Virus record (IMG/VR): IMGVR_UViG_3300045747_000506
Span: 1 to 61,640 of that record
Source of the DNA: a virus
Taxonomy: Duplodnaviria > Caudoviricetes
Direction: 5' to 3' (one strand)
DNA length: 61,640 nt
Numbering within the stretch: position 1 is the first letter of the stretch; the number at the start of each line of letters is the position of its first letter. Of this stretch, positions 19,925 through 30,188 are shown piece by piece. Under the pieces are notes generated by a model, which worked only from the letters and a program-made list of their open reading frames with translations, was not told the DNA's origin and did no database searches. The position numbers were made by a program, and so were the translations under genes.

Positions 19925-20308
19925 TTATAGAGAGCTAGCAACTATCCATAGCTGGTCTAGTTGTTGGTTATTAAAATTTAACATTGCCGCTATAACTGGA
20001 ATTAAAGCATTATGTCTCTGAAACATAGTTGAATATTTCCAAGCTATCATTGCAGCTTCTTTTGTTGGAGAAGTGAGGGAGTTAATTACACTATCAATCA
20101 TTGCCTCAGTAACACCTGCTCCAAGCAGCGCTAGCCTTATTTGTCTGGGAGTTACGTCGGCAATATCTGTACTCTGTGCGATAGGTATTTCTTTAGTGAT
20201 TTGTTCTACTGTAGAATTAATTCCTTTCTGAGCTATAAAATAGTTTGCTTCTTCCTGAGTTGAAAACTCAATATCACTATTTCCGTTTTTAACTTTATAA
20301 ACAATCAC
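19925..20308 (-). CDS. Putative fibre-associated chaperone
   Basis: VTPRQIRLAL..IAWKYS..F.R..QLDQLW pattern typical of genes after fibres. Confidence 0.55.
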   Translation of the reverse strand: MIVYKVKNGNSDIEFSTQEEANYFIAQKGINSTVEQITKEIPIAQSTDIADVTPRQIRLALLGAGVTEAMIDSVINSLTSPTKEAAMIAWKYSTMFQRHNALIPVIAAMLNFNNQQLDQLWIVASSL

Positions 20309-20311
20309 TAA

Positions 20312-21415
20312 TTACCTCGAATTAACATATAGTTTACTTATTTCATAAAAATCTATATCTACAGATTTTGCCGCAGCATTTGTAGATCCAGCAGATACTT
20401 TTATTTGTGGAGCCATTATAATTGCTGTCGGAAGATTGGTAGTAGATGCTCCTATAAAAGCATTATTTACATAGAAATATGATTGAGTTCCTGATGCATT
20501 TATAACCATAGATAACTTGTACCAACTTCCTGCTACAACTTGAACACCGCTATCGATAGTAGTTGTTAAAGTTGCACTTGAACTAAATCCAAATATATTT
20601 CCTGCTGTAGCTGCACTTCCTTGATAAGAAAATCCAATTGCATTTAATGGATTTGACCCAATAGCAACTGCCGTAGTTGCATTTAACAGCCCTGCATGAA
20701 AGTTAAATTGATTGGCAGCCGTACCGCCAATAGATGGAAAGCTTATTTTTGTTTCTATAAATATTGCCGAATTATTTATTAAAACCTGAGTTACTGTACC
20801 TAAGCTCAATGCACCTAGACCGTTATTAGCAGTTGAAGAGTTTAATCTAATTATACCAAACTGGTCTGTAGTTACCGCTTGAGAAGCTACTGTTCCCGAT
20901 GTTAATGTCCACCCTAAAGCACCGAGTGTAAGTGTTGCCGTACTAGCTGTAACAAAATCCTCAAACAGTTTTACTTGGCCATAGTCCATATCATATGAAG
21001 CTATAGACCATATTCCTGCTGCCGTTGTATTATCTATTAAAATTACTTTTACTTCTTTTGTGGGAAGAATCATTGTTTGAAAAGATCCTGCACTATTAGT
21101 AATTTTTATAAGTGGGTCGGACTTATTTACTAGAAAATATATTTTCCCTATTGCTAGTGTGGTTGCATTTGGAAGCTGAACAATTTGTCCTCCAGCAGTG
21201 CCTGTAAATATTTGTCCGTCATTACTTGCTGAAGTAAGTACTAGTGTACTATTTGCTACGGTATTTACGACCCAAGTTGTACCGCTACCGCCCCCACCTG
21301 AATTAGCTAGAACATAAGCTCTAGTAGCCGCATCTTGTGGGTTTATTGGATCGGGGAGATTAGTAAGTTTACTAACCCCTCCGAAATCTAAATTTGTTAA
21401 TACTGGACTGGCCAT
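20312..21415 (-). CDS. Virion fibre/appendage protein with lectin-like C-terminal domain
   Basis: NLPDP..PQDAATRAYV fibre motif; beta-rich C-terminus (WYKLSMVIN, FYVNN). Confidence 0.6.
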   Translation of the reverse strand: MASPVLTNLDFGGVSKLTNLPDPINPQDAATRAYVLANSGGGGSGTTWVVNTVANSTLVLTSASNDGQIFTGTAGGQIVQLPNATTLAIGKIYFLVNKSDPLIKITNSAGSFQTMILPTKEVKVILIDNTTAAGIWSIASYDMDYGQVKLFEDFVTASTATLTLGALGWTLTSGTVASQAVTTDQFGIIRLNSSTANNGLGALSLGTVTQVLINNSAIFIETKISFPSIGGTAANQFNFHAGLLNATTAVAIGSNPLNAIGFSYQGSAATAGNIFGFSSSATLTTTIDSGVQVVAGSWYKLSMVINASGTQSYFYVNNAFIGASTTNLPTAIIMAPQIKVSAGSTNAAAKSVDIDFYEISKLYVNSR

Positions 21416-21419
21416 TTAA

Positions 21420-22208
21420 TTACCCTATAACCACACATCTTAAAGCATTTGAAGCTGGAGCAGATGAGAAGTTTAATCTAACTACTGTAGTAGAAAGTTT
21501 AGTAACATCACAAATAACGGACATACCAGTAGAAACTACTTGTACGTCTACATGTACATCTAAAGTACCAAGTGAGTGAGTAATATCATATTGAGTAGCT
21601 GACCCATCACCGAATGTAGTTGAATATTTTTTAAGTAAGAAAGATGCTGCTTTTAGGGTAGCAGGAGAAACTGATTGAGCAGTATCTGTTCCTGCGTCTA
21701 CTATAGTTTGAGTAGCTATTTGAACTGTACCTTGGCTTGACGTTGTAGCTACAGGTACTGATGTACCAAAATTAATAAAAACTATTGCAGTAGTCCCTAC
21801 CGTAGGGTTTAAAGCAGTTTGTCTAAATGTAATTCCTGCACTAGTACCCCCAGTTACATAAACTAAAGCATTATTGAATTCTGCTGAAGCGTTCATATTT
21901 GCAGCTCTAGTGGCAACTACAGAAGCTCCATTCCAAATATAAGTTCCGCAATCAAAAGAGTTAGTTTGGGCCTTTGCTAAAAATACAAATCCCACTGACA
22001 TTGTAACACCGTCAATAGCAGCTCCTGGAGATGCTAAGTTAATGTTTGAAGAAGCTGCACATACGGCAGTTCCTTTATCTTGTAGTCCTTCAATCAATGC
22101 ATTTACTTGAGCTAGTGTAGTTGGAGATTGTAAAGCTATCGCATCAGGAAGATTTACAATTTTTGAAACGCTACTAAAATCTAAGTCTGATAATATTGGC
22201 TTAGCCAT
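21420..22208 (-). CDS. Virion fibre/appendage protein
   Basis: N-terminus paralogous to 20312..21415; ATTSSQGTVQIAT..VDAGTD..VSP fibre repeat; ITHSLGT.DV domain. Confidence 0.6.
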   Translation of the reverse strand: MAKPILSDLDFSSVSKIVNLPDAIALQSPTTLAQVNALIEGLQDKGTAVCAASSNINLASPGAAIDGVTMSVGFVFLAKAQTNSFDCGTYIWNGASVVATRAANMNASAEFNNALVYVTGGTSAGITFRQTALNPTVGTTAIVFINFGTSVPVATTSSQGTVQIATQTIVDAGTDTAQSVSPATLKAASFLLKKYSTTFGDGSATQYDITHSLGTLDVHVDVQVVSTGMSVICDVTKLSTTVVRLNFSSAPASNALRCVVIG

Positions 22209-22221
22209 TTTTTACTCCGTT

Positions 22222-22560
22222 TTATATTAGCCTTGCGAATCCTGCAAAAGCTGTATTAAATGATACCGTTAAGGTGTTACTATTTAAATTAAGTACATCT
22301 GCTTCCACTGATAACCCACCCGATGAAAATATTGATACTATAGGATTATATCCAAGGTTATGAGCTATTGTCCATATAGACAATGGGCTAGATTGAGTGT
22401 GTATATATGGAGTAACTCCTGACATCATACTCCAGTCACTAGAGCTAGATGTACCTACAGAGATATAAGATTTCTTATTAGTTGTGTCTATATAGTGTTG
22501 ACCGATATCGGTCGGTGTTATTGTGGGAGTTCCTACCCCTGAAATTATGTGTTGAGCCAA
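22222..22560 (-). CDS. Small virion protein (TTG start)
   Basis: YIHTQS..WTIAHNLGYNP domain; GGAG RBS. Confidence 0.55.
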   Translation of the reverse strand: MAQHIISGVGTPTITPTDIGQHYIDTTNKKSYISVGTSSSSDWSMMSGVTPYIHTQSSPLSIWTIAHNLGYNPIVSIFSSGGLSVEADVLNLNSNTLTVSFNTAFAGFARLI

Positions 22561-22561
22561 G

Positions 22562-22768
22562 CTAAACTCCTAATAAAACTCTACCTTTGTGGTCGTATAG
22601 AGTTTGAAACTTTTCATTGCATAGTATCCTATCTTCATTAAAAGATGGACCACTTGTAGTACCTAGGGTAGCACCTATATATACCAGTGCATCAGCTAGG
22701 TCGTATTCAGTAGGTGTATCATATTCTACACCGTCTTTTTCTAGTATAGCTACTTTTAAATTTGCCAT
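22562..22768 (-). CDS. Hypothetical protein
   Basis: ORF in operon, tightly packed. Confidence 0.55.
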   Translation of the reverse strand: MANLKVAILEKDGVEYDTPTEYDLADALVYIGATLGTTSGPSFNEDRILCNEKFQTLYDHKGRVLLGV

Positions 22769-22817
22769 GCCTACCTACATAGAGGGCCTAGTATCTCTAC
22801 TAGACCCTTGCGTTAGA

Positions 22818-24224
22818 TTAAGATTGTTTTTTAACATGTTCTTTAGAAACAAATAAACTTGTAGCACTCATTGCAGTACCAACTCTGTATACGTTCTTTC
22901 CAGATCCAGTAGGGATAGAGTAAACATATCCGTTTCCGTCCCAGTAAACTTTAGCGTTGATTGCAGCTCCGGTTAAAACTCCTGAAAGCTCGGTATTATT
23001 TTCTAGAACTATTACGCTTGCACCAGCAACTGCTGAGTTAGCAGCTACTCCAGCAACGTATTCGTCACTAGTAAGTGTATTGTATGTTGAAACAGTATTT
23101 GCAGCAGAGATATAAACTAAATCGCCTTTTGTAACACCCCCTAAACCAGCGATAAAAGTTACGCCCTCGTGTTGAATTTCACTTGCTAATTGAGCTAAAG
23201 CTGCTTCTACGTTTTTAGTTGTGAAGTAGTTTGCTGAATCAGAAATAGGAAGTGCAGTTGCTTGAACTTGGCCAGCACCTGTACCGAAATCAACCATCCC
23301 AGTTTTGATACCAAGATTTTTTACTTTTAATGAATCAGATACTATCTCAATTGAAGATGCATCAACATTAACTGCTAATGCTCCTGCTGAGAAACCTAAT
23401 CCGCTACCAGCTAAACTTGGATCAACTTGAATATCTAATCCTGATTTAACTAAACCAGTAGAGGCAGTAGTAGCTTCAAAAATCTTAGCTACTAAAATAG
23501 TTCCGTTATATTGATAAATAAGTGAAGGCTCATTATCTACTGAAACAAATTGTCCAAATAAAATTGAGTAGAAAGACCAAGCAGTTCCAGACCATGTAGC
23601 AATAGTATTATTATGGCCAACAAAAGCACCAGTAAGTGTAGCTACTTGAGAGTCAACCAAAACCATCAAACCAGTTGCTGGAGAAGCTGGAGGAGCTGCT
23701 AATCTAGTAGCTGCGTTTAACCAGTTAGTCCCAATGTGTGCTGCAACGATTGCATCATCAACATATTTTTTATGTACTAATTGAGGATCTGCTGAAATTG
23801 TTAAAGCAGATGAATAAGCTTGAACTGCTGTTAAGTTTCTTGATCCATCAGTCATTAAAAATTTAGTGTGAGCAGTAGAGTTTGCTACATCTGAAAGTGC
23901 ATCGTGAGTTAATCCGCTTTCAATCGAAGTTAGATTTAAAAATGAAGATGGGATTAAACCAGCAGCATCAGTCTTAATCGGTTTACCTGCGTCAGCTACA
24001 CCAGTAGTTGAAGAGATAAATTGAGTCTGTTTAAAATATTGATTATCATGTAAGTGGCCAATCGTCGGATTGTTTTCAGCTCCGTCGATTAGGTTTGCTA
24101 ATTTAGCATCTGTTAATTCTGTAGTAGCAAGTTTCAAAGATAATAACTTAATACTATCCGCAGCTTCGCTATGCTCTTGGTCCATACCATGAGCGTTTTT
24201 GTAGATGACTTTAATGTCTGACAT
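22818..24224 (-). CDS. Head fibre / decoration protein with C-terminal capsid-cement-like domain
   Basis: HKKYVD, KNVEAALAQL, KGDLVYISAA..GVA motifs; Ala/Thr/Gly-rich. Confidence 0.6.
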   Translation of the reverse strand: MSDIKVIYKNAHGMDQEHSEAADSIKLLSLKLATTELTDAKLANLIDGAENNPTIGHLHDNQYFKQTQFISSTTGVADAGKPIKTDAAGLIPSSFLNLTSIESGLTHDALSDVANSTAHTKFLMTDGSRNLTAVQAYSSALTISADPQLVHKKYVDDAIVAAHIGTNWLNAATRLAAPPASPATGLMVLVDSQVATLTGAFVGHNNTIATWSGTAWSFYSILFGQFVSVDNEPSLIYQYNGTILVAKIFEATTASTGLVKSGLDIQVDPSLAGSGLGFSAGALAVNVDASSIEIVSDSLKVKNLGIKTGMVDFGTGAGQVQATALPISDSANYFTTKNVEAALAQLASEIQHEGVTFIAGLGGVTKGDLVYISAANTVSTYNTLTSDEYVAGVAANSAVAGASVIVLENNTELSGVLTGAAINAKVYWDGNGYVYSIPTGSGKNVYRVGTAMSATSLFVSKEHVKKQS

Positions 24225-24246
24225 AGTTTATCCTCCTAGATAAATA

Positions 24247-24597
24247 TTATTCGATTAACTTCCCTGTCTCGTTATCGTAAGAAAAGTGTTCTCCCTTTAG
24301 ATCGTACTTATTACTAATGTCTCTAATTATAAGATTATACTTTTTCTTCATATTTTCATAGGCAGAACTTTTCTGTACTACTGCTTCTTTCTGCTTTTGT
24401 ATATTAATTTCTAATAGCTTATGTTCTAACAATAGGTTTTTTAATGCCTGTTCTTCTACTGCCATTAGTAACTGAGCGTTCTCTACTTCTTTAGGTAGTA
24501 CCAATATCTGTCTATGGTCATCTGGGCTTAGATACTTGTCAGTATCTACTAGATCTTTTTCCGATTCTTTTACTTTTTTTCTTGACGTGGTTGCCAT
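24247..24597 (-). CDS. Coiled-coil hypothetical protein
   Basis: Heptad pattern; AGGAG RBS. Confidence 0.6.
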   Translation of the reverse strand: MATTSRKKVKESEKDLVDTDKYLSPDDHRQILVLPKEVENAQLLMAVEEQALKNLLLEHKLLEINIQKQKEAVVQKSSAYENMKKKYNLIIRDISNKYDLKGEHFSYDNETGKLIE

Positions 24598-24606
24598 AAA
24601 ATTCTC

Positions 24607-25068
24607 CTAAGCTAATTTGGTGATTGCTCCGATCTGTACGAATATTGATCCTCCTCCTAAAGACTTCCCTATAGGAGAAATATATTTATTGTTAGGAAGA
24701 ACTGGTCGAACGTCCGTTATTCCTCCACTTATGTCTAAAAATAATTGAGCATCTAAACTGAAGACGCTATAAATGTCGTTATAAATAACTCCCATTAAAA
24801 CAACTACTACAGACCCACCTGCACTTACTCCGTTGGCGGCTACTCCCAATACAGATGCATTAGTGTAGTCAATGTTATTAGTTGCCAAGCTAACATTTGT
24901 AACTGAATCAGACTTGACACATTCTCCTGAAAGTATGTCCTCACTAGCAATTCGTGTAAGCTGTAAACTTGCAGCAGATGCACTTACTACTCCAATATCT
25001 AAAGAGTCACCTATAGGTAATTCTTTTAAAATGTTATCGACTTCTACAATGGGTTTTCTTACTACCAT
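24607..25068 (-). CDS. Capsid-cement-like (DUF2190-type) protein
   Basis: ASEDILSGECV..VLGVA..V.V..G..LFL..G.IT..P..IGK pattern. Confidence 0.55.
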   Translation of the reverse strand: MVVRKPIVEVDNILKELPIGDSLDIGVVSASAASLQLTRIASEDILSGECVKSDSVTNVSLATNNIDYTNASVLGVAANGVSAGGSVVVVLMGVIYNDIYSVFSLDAQLFLDISGGITDVRPVLPNNKYISPIGKSLGGGSIFVQIGAITKLA

Positions 25069-25069
25069 A

Positions 25070-26653
25070 TTATGCCTTCACCACTGGAGTGCCTTTCAGT
25101 ACTAAAAATTGTGTGGCACTAAAAGGCTGACCTAGTTTTAAAACAACATGGCCAGTTATAGATAATATTGGGTCAGTAGTTATTGCACCTGCTACTGTAT
25201 CACTTAGTACATATTCTTTTGAAACGTCTAGTCCCGTAAATACATCGGCAGTTACTCCCAATACTCTAACGGTACAAGTTGTTTCAGATTCTTTTGAGTC
25301 TATTATTCCCAATACGTTTGAAGTAGCTGTACTAGTTGCGATTGCATTGTGAACTGTTCCGAATGAATCTGTATAAACTGCTGCTCCTTTATAAACAGAA
25401 GCATCGCAATTAACCCCAGGAAGAATAATATTTGTGGCAGCAGTAGTATTTCCACTACCGATTCCGAATGAAGTTGAATTATAAATATTGGTAGCAACTC
25501 TTTTTGGAAGAGTTACTGAGTTAGTTTTTATTGTCGACCCATCACTATACTTAAAGTCGAAATACATTTCACTGTCTTTCAAAACAGTTAATTGGATATC
25601 ATCAACTATTGGAGCGTCCTTACCGTCAACTCCATCTATTCCATCTTTACCTTTTATACCTTGAAGACCTGTTGGCCCAACTTCTCCACGAAGAGATATC
25701 CCATCTTTTCCGTTGATTCCGTCTTTACCGTTAAGTCCATTTTCTCCCTGCCGTCCTCTCTGACCTCTAGCCCCTCTTAAAGATAATCTTTCTTCATAGG
25801 TTAGATTTTCGAACTTCAGTTTTAATTCTGATTTTTCTTCTTCTGCTAGATCACTAAATTTTAATTTTAGTTTATCTGTAGAATTATTTACTATATTTAA
25901 AAGTGACTCTTCTATTAACGGTAAGGAATCAGGTAAAGAAAAATCTTTACCTGCCTTACCTCGTTGACCTCTAGGCCCACGTAATTCTTCCCTTTCATCG
26001 GGAGATAGATCTATTAATTTTAGCTTATGCTTTTCTGCAAGGGAATCAAGGGTGGGTAGAATCTCATCCACTGAGAAGTCTTTACCGTTTTCACCTTTCA
26101 ACCCTCTTGGTCCAGCATCGCCTTTTAATAGAAATTTTTCTTCATCTGTTAAATCACTAAACTTTAATTTGTATTCTTCTTTATTTGAGTCTATTACTTC
26201 TGAAATTATTTTTAATATGTCTTTTGAGTGTGTAGAAAAATCAAAACTTTCTCCAGATTTTCCTCTCTGACCTCTGGCACCTTTAATACTTAATTTATCT
26301 TCTTCAGTAAGATCGCTAAACTTTAATTTTAAAGTATCCCTAATTTCTAAAACAGTTTTATCAACTGCTGACTTAAGGAATTCTAAATTATCTTCTAAGT
26401 TAAAATCTTTTCCGTCTTTACCGTCCCTACCATCTCTTCCTTGTAGGGATTCAAGTTGCTCAACTGTTAATTGAACATTAGCGTTTTCTATTATTAAATG
26501 TACGATTGATTCTTTATGGTCTTCAAGGTTAAAGTCGTTTCCGTCTTTACCTTTAAGTCCTCGTTTCCCTTTTATTGGATCGGGAATTACAATTTTTGAT
26601 ACAGCATCTTCAACTAAAGAGTCTACTAATGCTAGTAGTAGTTCATTATCCAA
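25070..26653 (-). CDS. Collagen-like fibre protein (TTG start) with C-terminal cement-like domain
   Basis: Gly-X-Y runs alternating with repeated KLKFSDLTEE.K..L.G modules. Confidence 0.8.
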   Translation of the reverse strand: MDNELLLALVDSLVEDAVSKIVIPDPIKGKRGLKGKDGNDFNLEDHKESIVHLIIENANVQLTVEQLESLQGRDGRDGKDGKDFNLEDNLEFLKSAVDKTVLEIRDTLKLKFSDLTEEDKLSIKGARGQRGKSGESFDFSTHSKDILKIISEVIDSNKEEYKLKFSDLTDEEKFLLKGDAGPRGLKGENGKDFSVDEILPTLDSLAEKHKLKLIDLSPDEREELRGPRGQRGKAGKDFSLPDSLPLIEESLLNIVNNSTDKLKLKFSDLAEEEKSELKLKFENLTYEERLSLRGARGQRGRQGENGLNGKDGINGKDGISLRGEVGPTGLQGIKGKDGIDGVDGKDAPIVDDIQLTVLKDSEMYFDFKYSDGSTIKTNSVTLPKRVATNIYNSTSFGIGSGNTTAATNIILPGVNCDASVYKGAAVYTDSFGTVHNAIATSTATSNVLGIIDSKESETTCTVRVLGVTADVFTGLDVSKEYVLSDTVAGAITTDPILSITGHVVLKLGQPFSATQFLVLKGTPVVKA

Positions 26654-26681
26654 GTTTATACCTACTGCGCGTAAAGCGAGT

Positions 26682-27998
26682 TTAGTGTCTCTTCTCTAGG
26701 ATCTCTAATATTTTTTTTCTAGCTGCTCTAGCTATTTCATCACTATTTTGTACATCTGCATTTTTGGGGGGAGCTTCGGTACTGGGAGTTGGAGCTGCTA
26801 TTTGTTTTGGAGCTACTCTTGCGTCAATAATTTCATCCTGTCTATCTTCTGGTGTAAAATTATTAGAAGCTATATAATACCTGTCTCCACCTGAATATGG
26901 CTCTAACCCTTCTTGTCTTCTAATTTCATTTGGAGTTATAGCTCCAGATTGCATCATGATATTGAAGTAAGCAGATCGTGTCGACATATCTCCTCTGAAT
27001 ACTGCGTACAGATCCAGCATTGTTCGATATCCCTTATATCTCTTACCTAGTAATTTAATATCTGCTTCAAGTTCTAAGTTTTTACACCAGCTATCCAGCG
27101 TATCGGTAGCAACTTCTAAGTTTGCATGTTCGATGTTATTATACTTGGCCGCGTGAGGGTCAAATAGTTTTGTTGGAGGTACACCTAAGAATCTAGACAT
27201 TTCAGAAATATTAAATTTTCTTGATTCGAGAAATTGTAATACATCGGGTCCCCAAGAAACTGGATTGAAAGTCATACCGTCTTCTAGTATTGCAGTTTGA
27301 CCAGTTTTTCTTCCACCGTTATCAGATGCCCATGTTTCTTTTAATCTAAGAAACGCTTCATCAGATAATTTTCCTGGATATGTTAATGTACCACTTGGCA
27401 TCCCACCGTTTGCATAAAGTGAGTTAGCAAATTTATCTGCTCCAAGATTTATTCCAAGAGTATCCATTGCATATCCAACTACACCCTGGCCCTGAAATCC
27501 GTCTTTAGTATGAAAATTTCTAACGATGTAAACATCTTTTGGATCTAAGTAAACATCAGATCCAGAATCGCTTCCACCTAATACGTGATACCATAAAACT
27601 CCCTGAGCATCTCTTACGGGATATACTCTTCTAGGATTTATTGGCCAAAGTGCTTTAGGTCTTCCTAGCAAATCTCTTTCAATTTCTGCATAAGAATTTC
27701 CCAATACTATTGCTGTCTGAATCATGAAACATTTAAAATTAAATGCTGTCATTTCAGGATTTGGTTGAATGTTTAATAAATATGAAACATCATTATCAAT
27801 TATTTTATTGTTTGAATCTTTTACTTCAAAAGGTAATTTTGCAATTTGGGTAGATATATAAATTATTCCGCGATAAAAAGCAGATGATTGCATTGAAGTA
27901 TCTTCATCTACTCTAGTACCTGCTGAGTATCCTACAGTTCTTCTCGTAGGAGTTATGAATTTTTCCTTCACTCTATTAAAAAAAGTTGAAAACTTCAT
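26682..27998 (-). CDS. HK97-family portal protein
   Basis: IAKLP, PNPEMT, GNSYAEI.R, QFLESRKF, FLGVPP, TPNEIR..EGL.P..GGD. Confidence 0.97.
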   Translation of the reverse strand: MKFSTFFNRVKEKFITPTRRTVGYSAGTRVDEDTSMQSSAFYRGIIYISTQIAKLPFEVKDSNNKIIDNDVSYLLNIQPNPEMTAFNFKCFMIQTAIVLGNSYAEIERDLLGRPKALWPINPRRVYPVRDAQGVLWYHVLGGSDSGSDVYLDPKDVYIVRNFHTKDGFQGQGVVGYAMDTLGINLGADKFANSLYANGGMPSGTLTYPGKLSDEAFLRLKETWASDNGGRKTGQTAILEDGMTFNPVSWGPDVLQFLESRKFNISEMSRFLGVPPTKLFDPHAAKYNNIEHANLEVATDTLDSWCKNLELEADIKLLGKRYKGYRTMLDLYAVFRGDMSTRSAYFNIMMQSGAITPNEIRRQEGLEPYSGGDRYYIASNNFTPEDRQDEIIDARVAPKQIAAPTPSTEAPPKNADVQNSDEIARAARKKILEILEKRH

Positions 27999-28001
27999 CT
28001 A

Positions 28002-28328
28002 CTATAGACCTTTTTTAGATTTACTACCTTTCTTATTGTCGGCTTTAACTTCTACAATTGCAACTTCCTCGCCTACTTGACCGCCTAAAACATCTAGTGC
28101 TTCCTCAGTAGATTGCTCAACTTCTATAGGCTTAACTTCCTCTACTATAGCTACTGGAATTTCTATTTTAAGTTCTTCAAAAACTTCTTCGGCAATACCG
28201 CGTTTAATCCACATAGAAGCAGACCCAAATTCATTGGAGACTTCATAAGTCTCACCTGTTTTGTATACTACTACTCCACTAATAACCGCATCACCTGAAA
28301 ATTTCAATTTCATAATATCTCCAAACAA
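28002..28328 (-). CDS. Hypothetical head-associated protein
   Basis: WIKRGIA N-terminal domain plus acidic/basic tail, typical after capsid genes; true start may be the second Met. Confidence 0.55.
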   Translation of the reverse strand: MFGDIMKLKFSGDAVISGVVVYKTGETYEVSNEFGSASMWIKRGIAEEVFEELKIEIPVAIVEEVKPIEVEQSTEEALDVLGGQVGEEVAIVEVKADNKKGSKSKKGL

Positions 28329-28356
28329 ATAGGGGCCAAATCTCTTCAGCCCCTAT
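28329..28356 (-). terminator. Putative hairpin/terminator after decoration gene
   Basis: ATAGGGGC...GCCCCTAT inverted repeat followed by T-rich sequence on the minus strand. Confidence 0.45.
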
Positions 28357-28391
28357 ATTATCTTTAATTAAACTGGCCGACTACCTAAAAA

Positions 28392-28880
28392 CTAGATAGC
28401 TAGAGAGTAAGCTGGTTGGTAGCTACTGTCTCTAAGGATATAAACCGCTGCTCCAATTTTAGCTGCTGTAGAGTCTGCAACGTCGATTGAGAAGTGAGTA
28501 AACCCGTTGTTAACATCTAAATCGCTGTCTAAAACTTCAAAAACGATAACACCAGCGTTAGCTGCGAAATCAGTTGATAAGTCATAAAGAGCTGCCGCAA
28601 CTGTAGGCTCAACTTGTGTGAAAGAGGTTGCTGCTCCAGCTTTTACATAATACTTGTTAGCTACTGATAAATCTTTAGATGTACCAGCAGTAGCTGCGTT
28701 ATGTTGTTTTAAAGTAACTTGTAATAAAGCTGCTGTAGATGCTCCTACAGAAATTACTACTGCCACTCTTTTGTTAGCAGCTAAAGAAACTCTGTTTCCT
28801 GTAATAGCTGCTGCGTTCAAGTCAACTGGTGTAAAGGCTTGTTTTGCATTGTATTCTTCTAGTAAAAAATAGTTATCCAT
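28392..28880 (-). CDS. Capsid decoration / minor capsid protein
   Basis: Beta-rich 162 aa directly after MCP; LDVNNGFTH motif. Confidence 0.65.
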   Translation of the reverse strand: MDNYFLLEEYNAKQAFTPVDLNAAAITGNRVSLAANKRVAVVISVGASTAALLQVTLKQHNAATAGTSKDLSVANKYYVKAGAATSFTQVEPTVAAALYDLSTDFAANAGVIVFEVLDSDLDVNNGFTHFSIDVADSTAAKIGAAVYILRDSSYQPAYSLAI

Positions 28881-28906
28881 TGTGTACTCCTAATTTAAAT
28901 TTTTAA

Positions 28907-28929
28907 AGGAGAGTATTTCTACTCTCCTA
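28907..28929 (-). terminator. Rho-independent terminator after MCP
   Basis: AGGAGAGTA-TTTC-TACTCTCCT perfect hairpin with A/T tails. Confidence 0.75.
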
Positions 28930-28934
28930 TTTTA

Positions 28935-30188
28935 TTAAGCTCTAACTGCTAAAGTAACGATTGCTGACATAGAGTGATTTCCAAACTCAGTTACAACTGG
29001 AGTTTTAAATGGACACTTACCATCTAAACGAAGTGTAAATTTATAAGCTTGTAAGTCGCGGTCGAAGTATAAGTGAGAAGAAACAGCTTGTTTCATTCCA
29101 CCAGACTTAACGATACTGTAGTAATAGTTAAAATTAACTAGCATGATATCGCCTTCATCACCAAGAGCTGGCATAGACCCGATAAGTGGGATTACTGGAA
29201 GGCCTAAAAGCATACCATAAACCGACTGATTCATTTGAGATCCTGGAGCTAAATAAATGAAATTTCCGAAATCATCTTTCATCATTCTTAATTGTTCTTC
29301 ACAACCAGCATTGATGTGCCATGCAGCTCCTGCTCTAGCAGAAGGAATCATAGATGAGTACATTTTAATTACGTTTCTAGCAACGATTGTAGCAGCTACT
29401 TGAGAAGTTTCTTTTGCTACAGCTACTTTAAACCCAGAATTTAAAATACCCATTGGCTTACCAACACCGTCACCAGTAAGGATAGCACTGTTAACTTTAT
29501 GCATGATTGCTTCTGGGGCCATAGTTTTGATGTATGACTCTAGAGCAACTGTATCTTCTAAAAGTTCATCAGAGATAGTTACGTTTGCTGTTAATTTATG
29601 TAATTTTAATGAAGCAAGACCGAATTTCGATTTTGAATCAGATCTTACTGCACCTTCAGATGCCCATGCTACAGATACACCGCCATTCCATGGTGAAGTT
29701 TCATCAGTTGGAAGTGTAAGTGAGTTTCCTGATACAGAAAATTGCTTAGTTTTTCCTAAAAGAGAATCGTCAGCTTGTAACTTCTTAGCTACTTCTCCAA
29801 CCATCTCCTCAGGAATTAAGAAACCGCCATCTTCCCCGTTTTTTTCAAACATAACATTGTTGAAACGTGGATCAAATTTTCCAGAAGCTGCATTTTTTAC
29901 AGATCCTAAGAATTCTCCGAAAGATTTAAATCCTCCGTTTTTATCTTGTCTAGTTGCCATAACTTCTACTCTAGTTTCTGGAGAAACTTTTCTTGTAGAT
30001 GCAGAAGAAGCTGCCATAGTTACAGCTAATTTTTCTTTAGCTTCAATTGTGTTTTTTAATTTTTCAAATTCAGCACTGAATTCATTAATTTCTGCAACTA
30101 CTGAATCAGTGAAATTTTCTACTGCATTTAATTCTTCTAGTTTCGCTAATACTACACCTAGACGTGCTTTCATTTGTTCCAAGTCCAT
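28935..30188 (-). CDS. HK97-fold major capsid protein with delta (scaffold) domain
   Basis: DGGFLIPEE, ISDELLED, GDGVGKPMGIL, LLGLPV, RLDG; coiled-coil N-terminus. Confidence 0.97.
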   Translation of the reverse strand: MDLEQMKARLGVVLAKLEELNAVENFTDSVVAEINEFSAEFEKLKNTIEAKEKLAVTMAASSASTRKVSPETRVEVMATRQDKNGGFKSFGEFLGSVKNAASGKFDPRFNNVMFEKNGEDGGFLIPEEMVGEVAKKLQADDSLLGKTKQFSVSGNSLTLPTDETSPWNGGVSVAWASEGAVRSDSKSKFGLASLKLHKLTANVTISDELLEDTVALESYIKTMAPEAIMHKVNSAILTGDGVGKPMGILNSGFKVAVAKETSQVAATIVARNVIKMYSSMIPSARAGAAWHINAGCEEQLRMMKDDFGNFIYLAPGSQMNQSVYGMLLGLPVIPLIGSMPALGDEGDIMLVNFNYYYSIVKSGGMKQAVSSHLYFDRDLQAYKFTLRLDGKCPFKTPVVTEFGNHSMSAIVTLAVRA

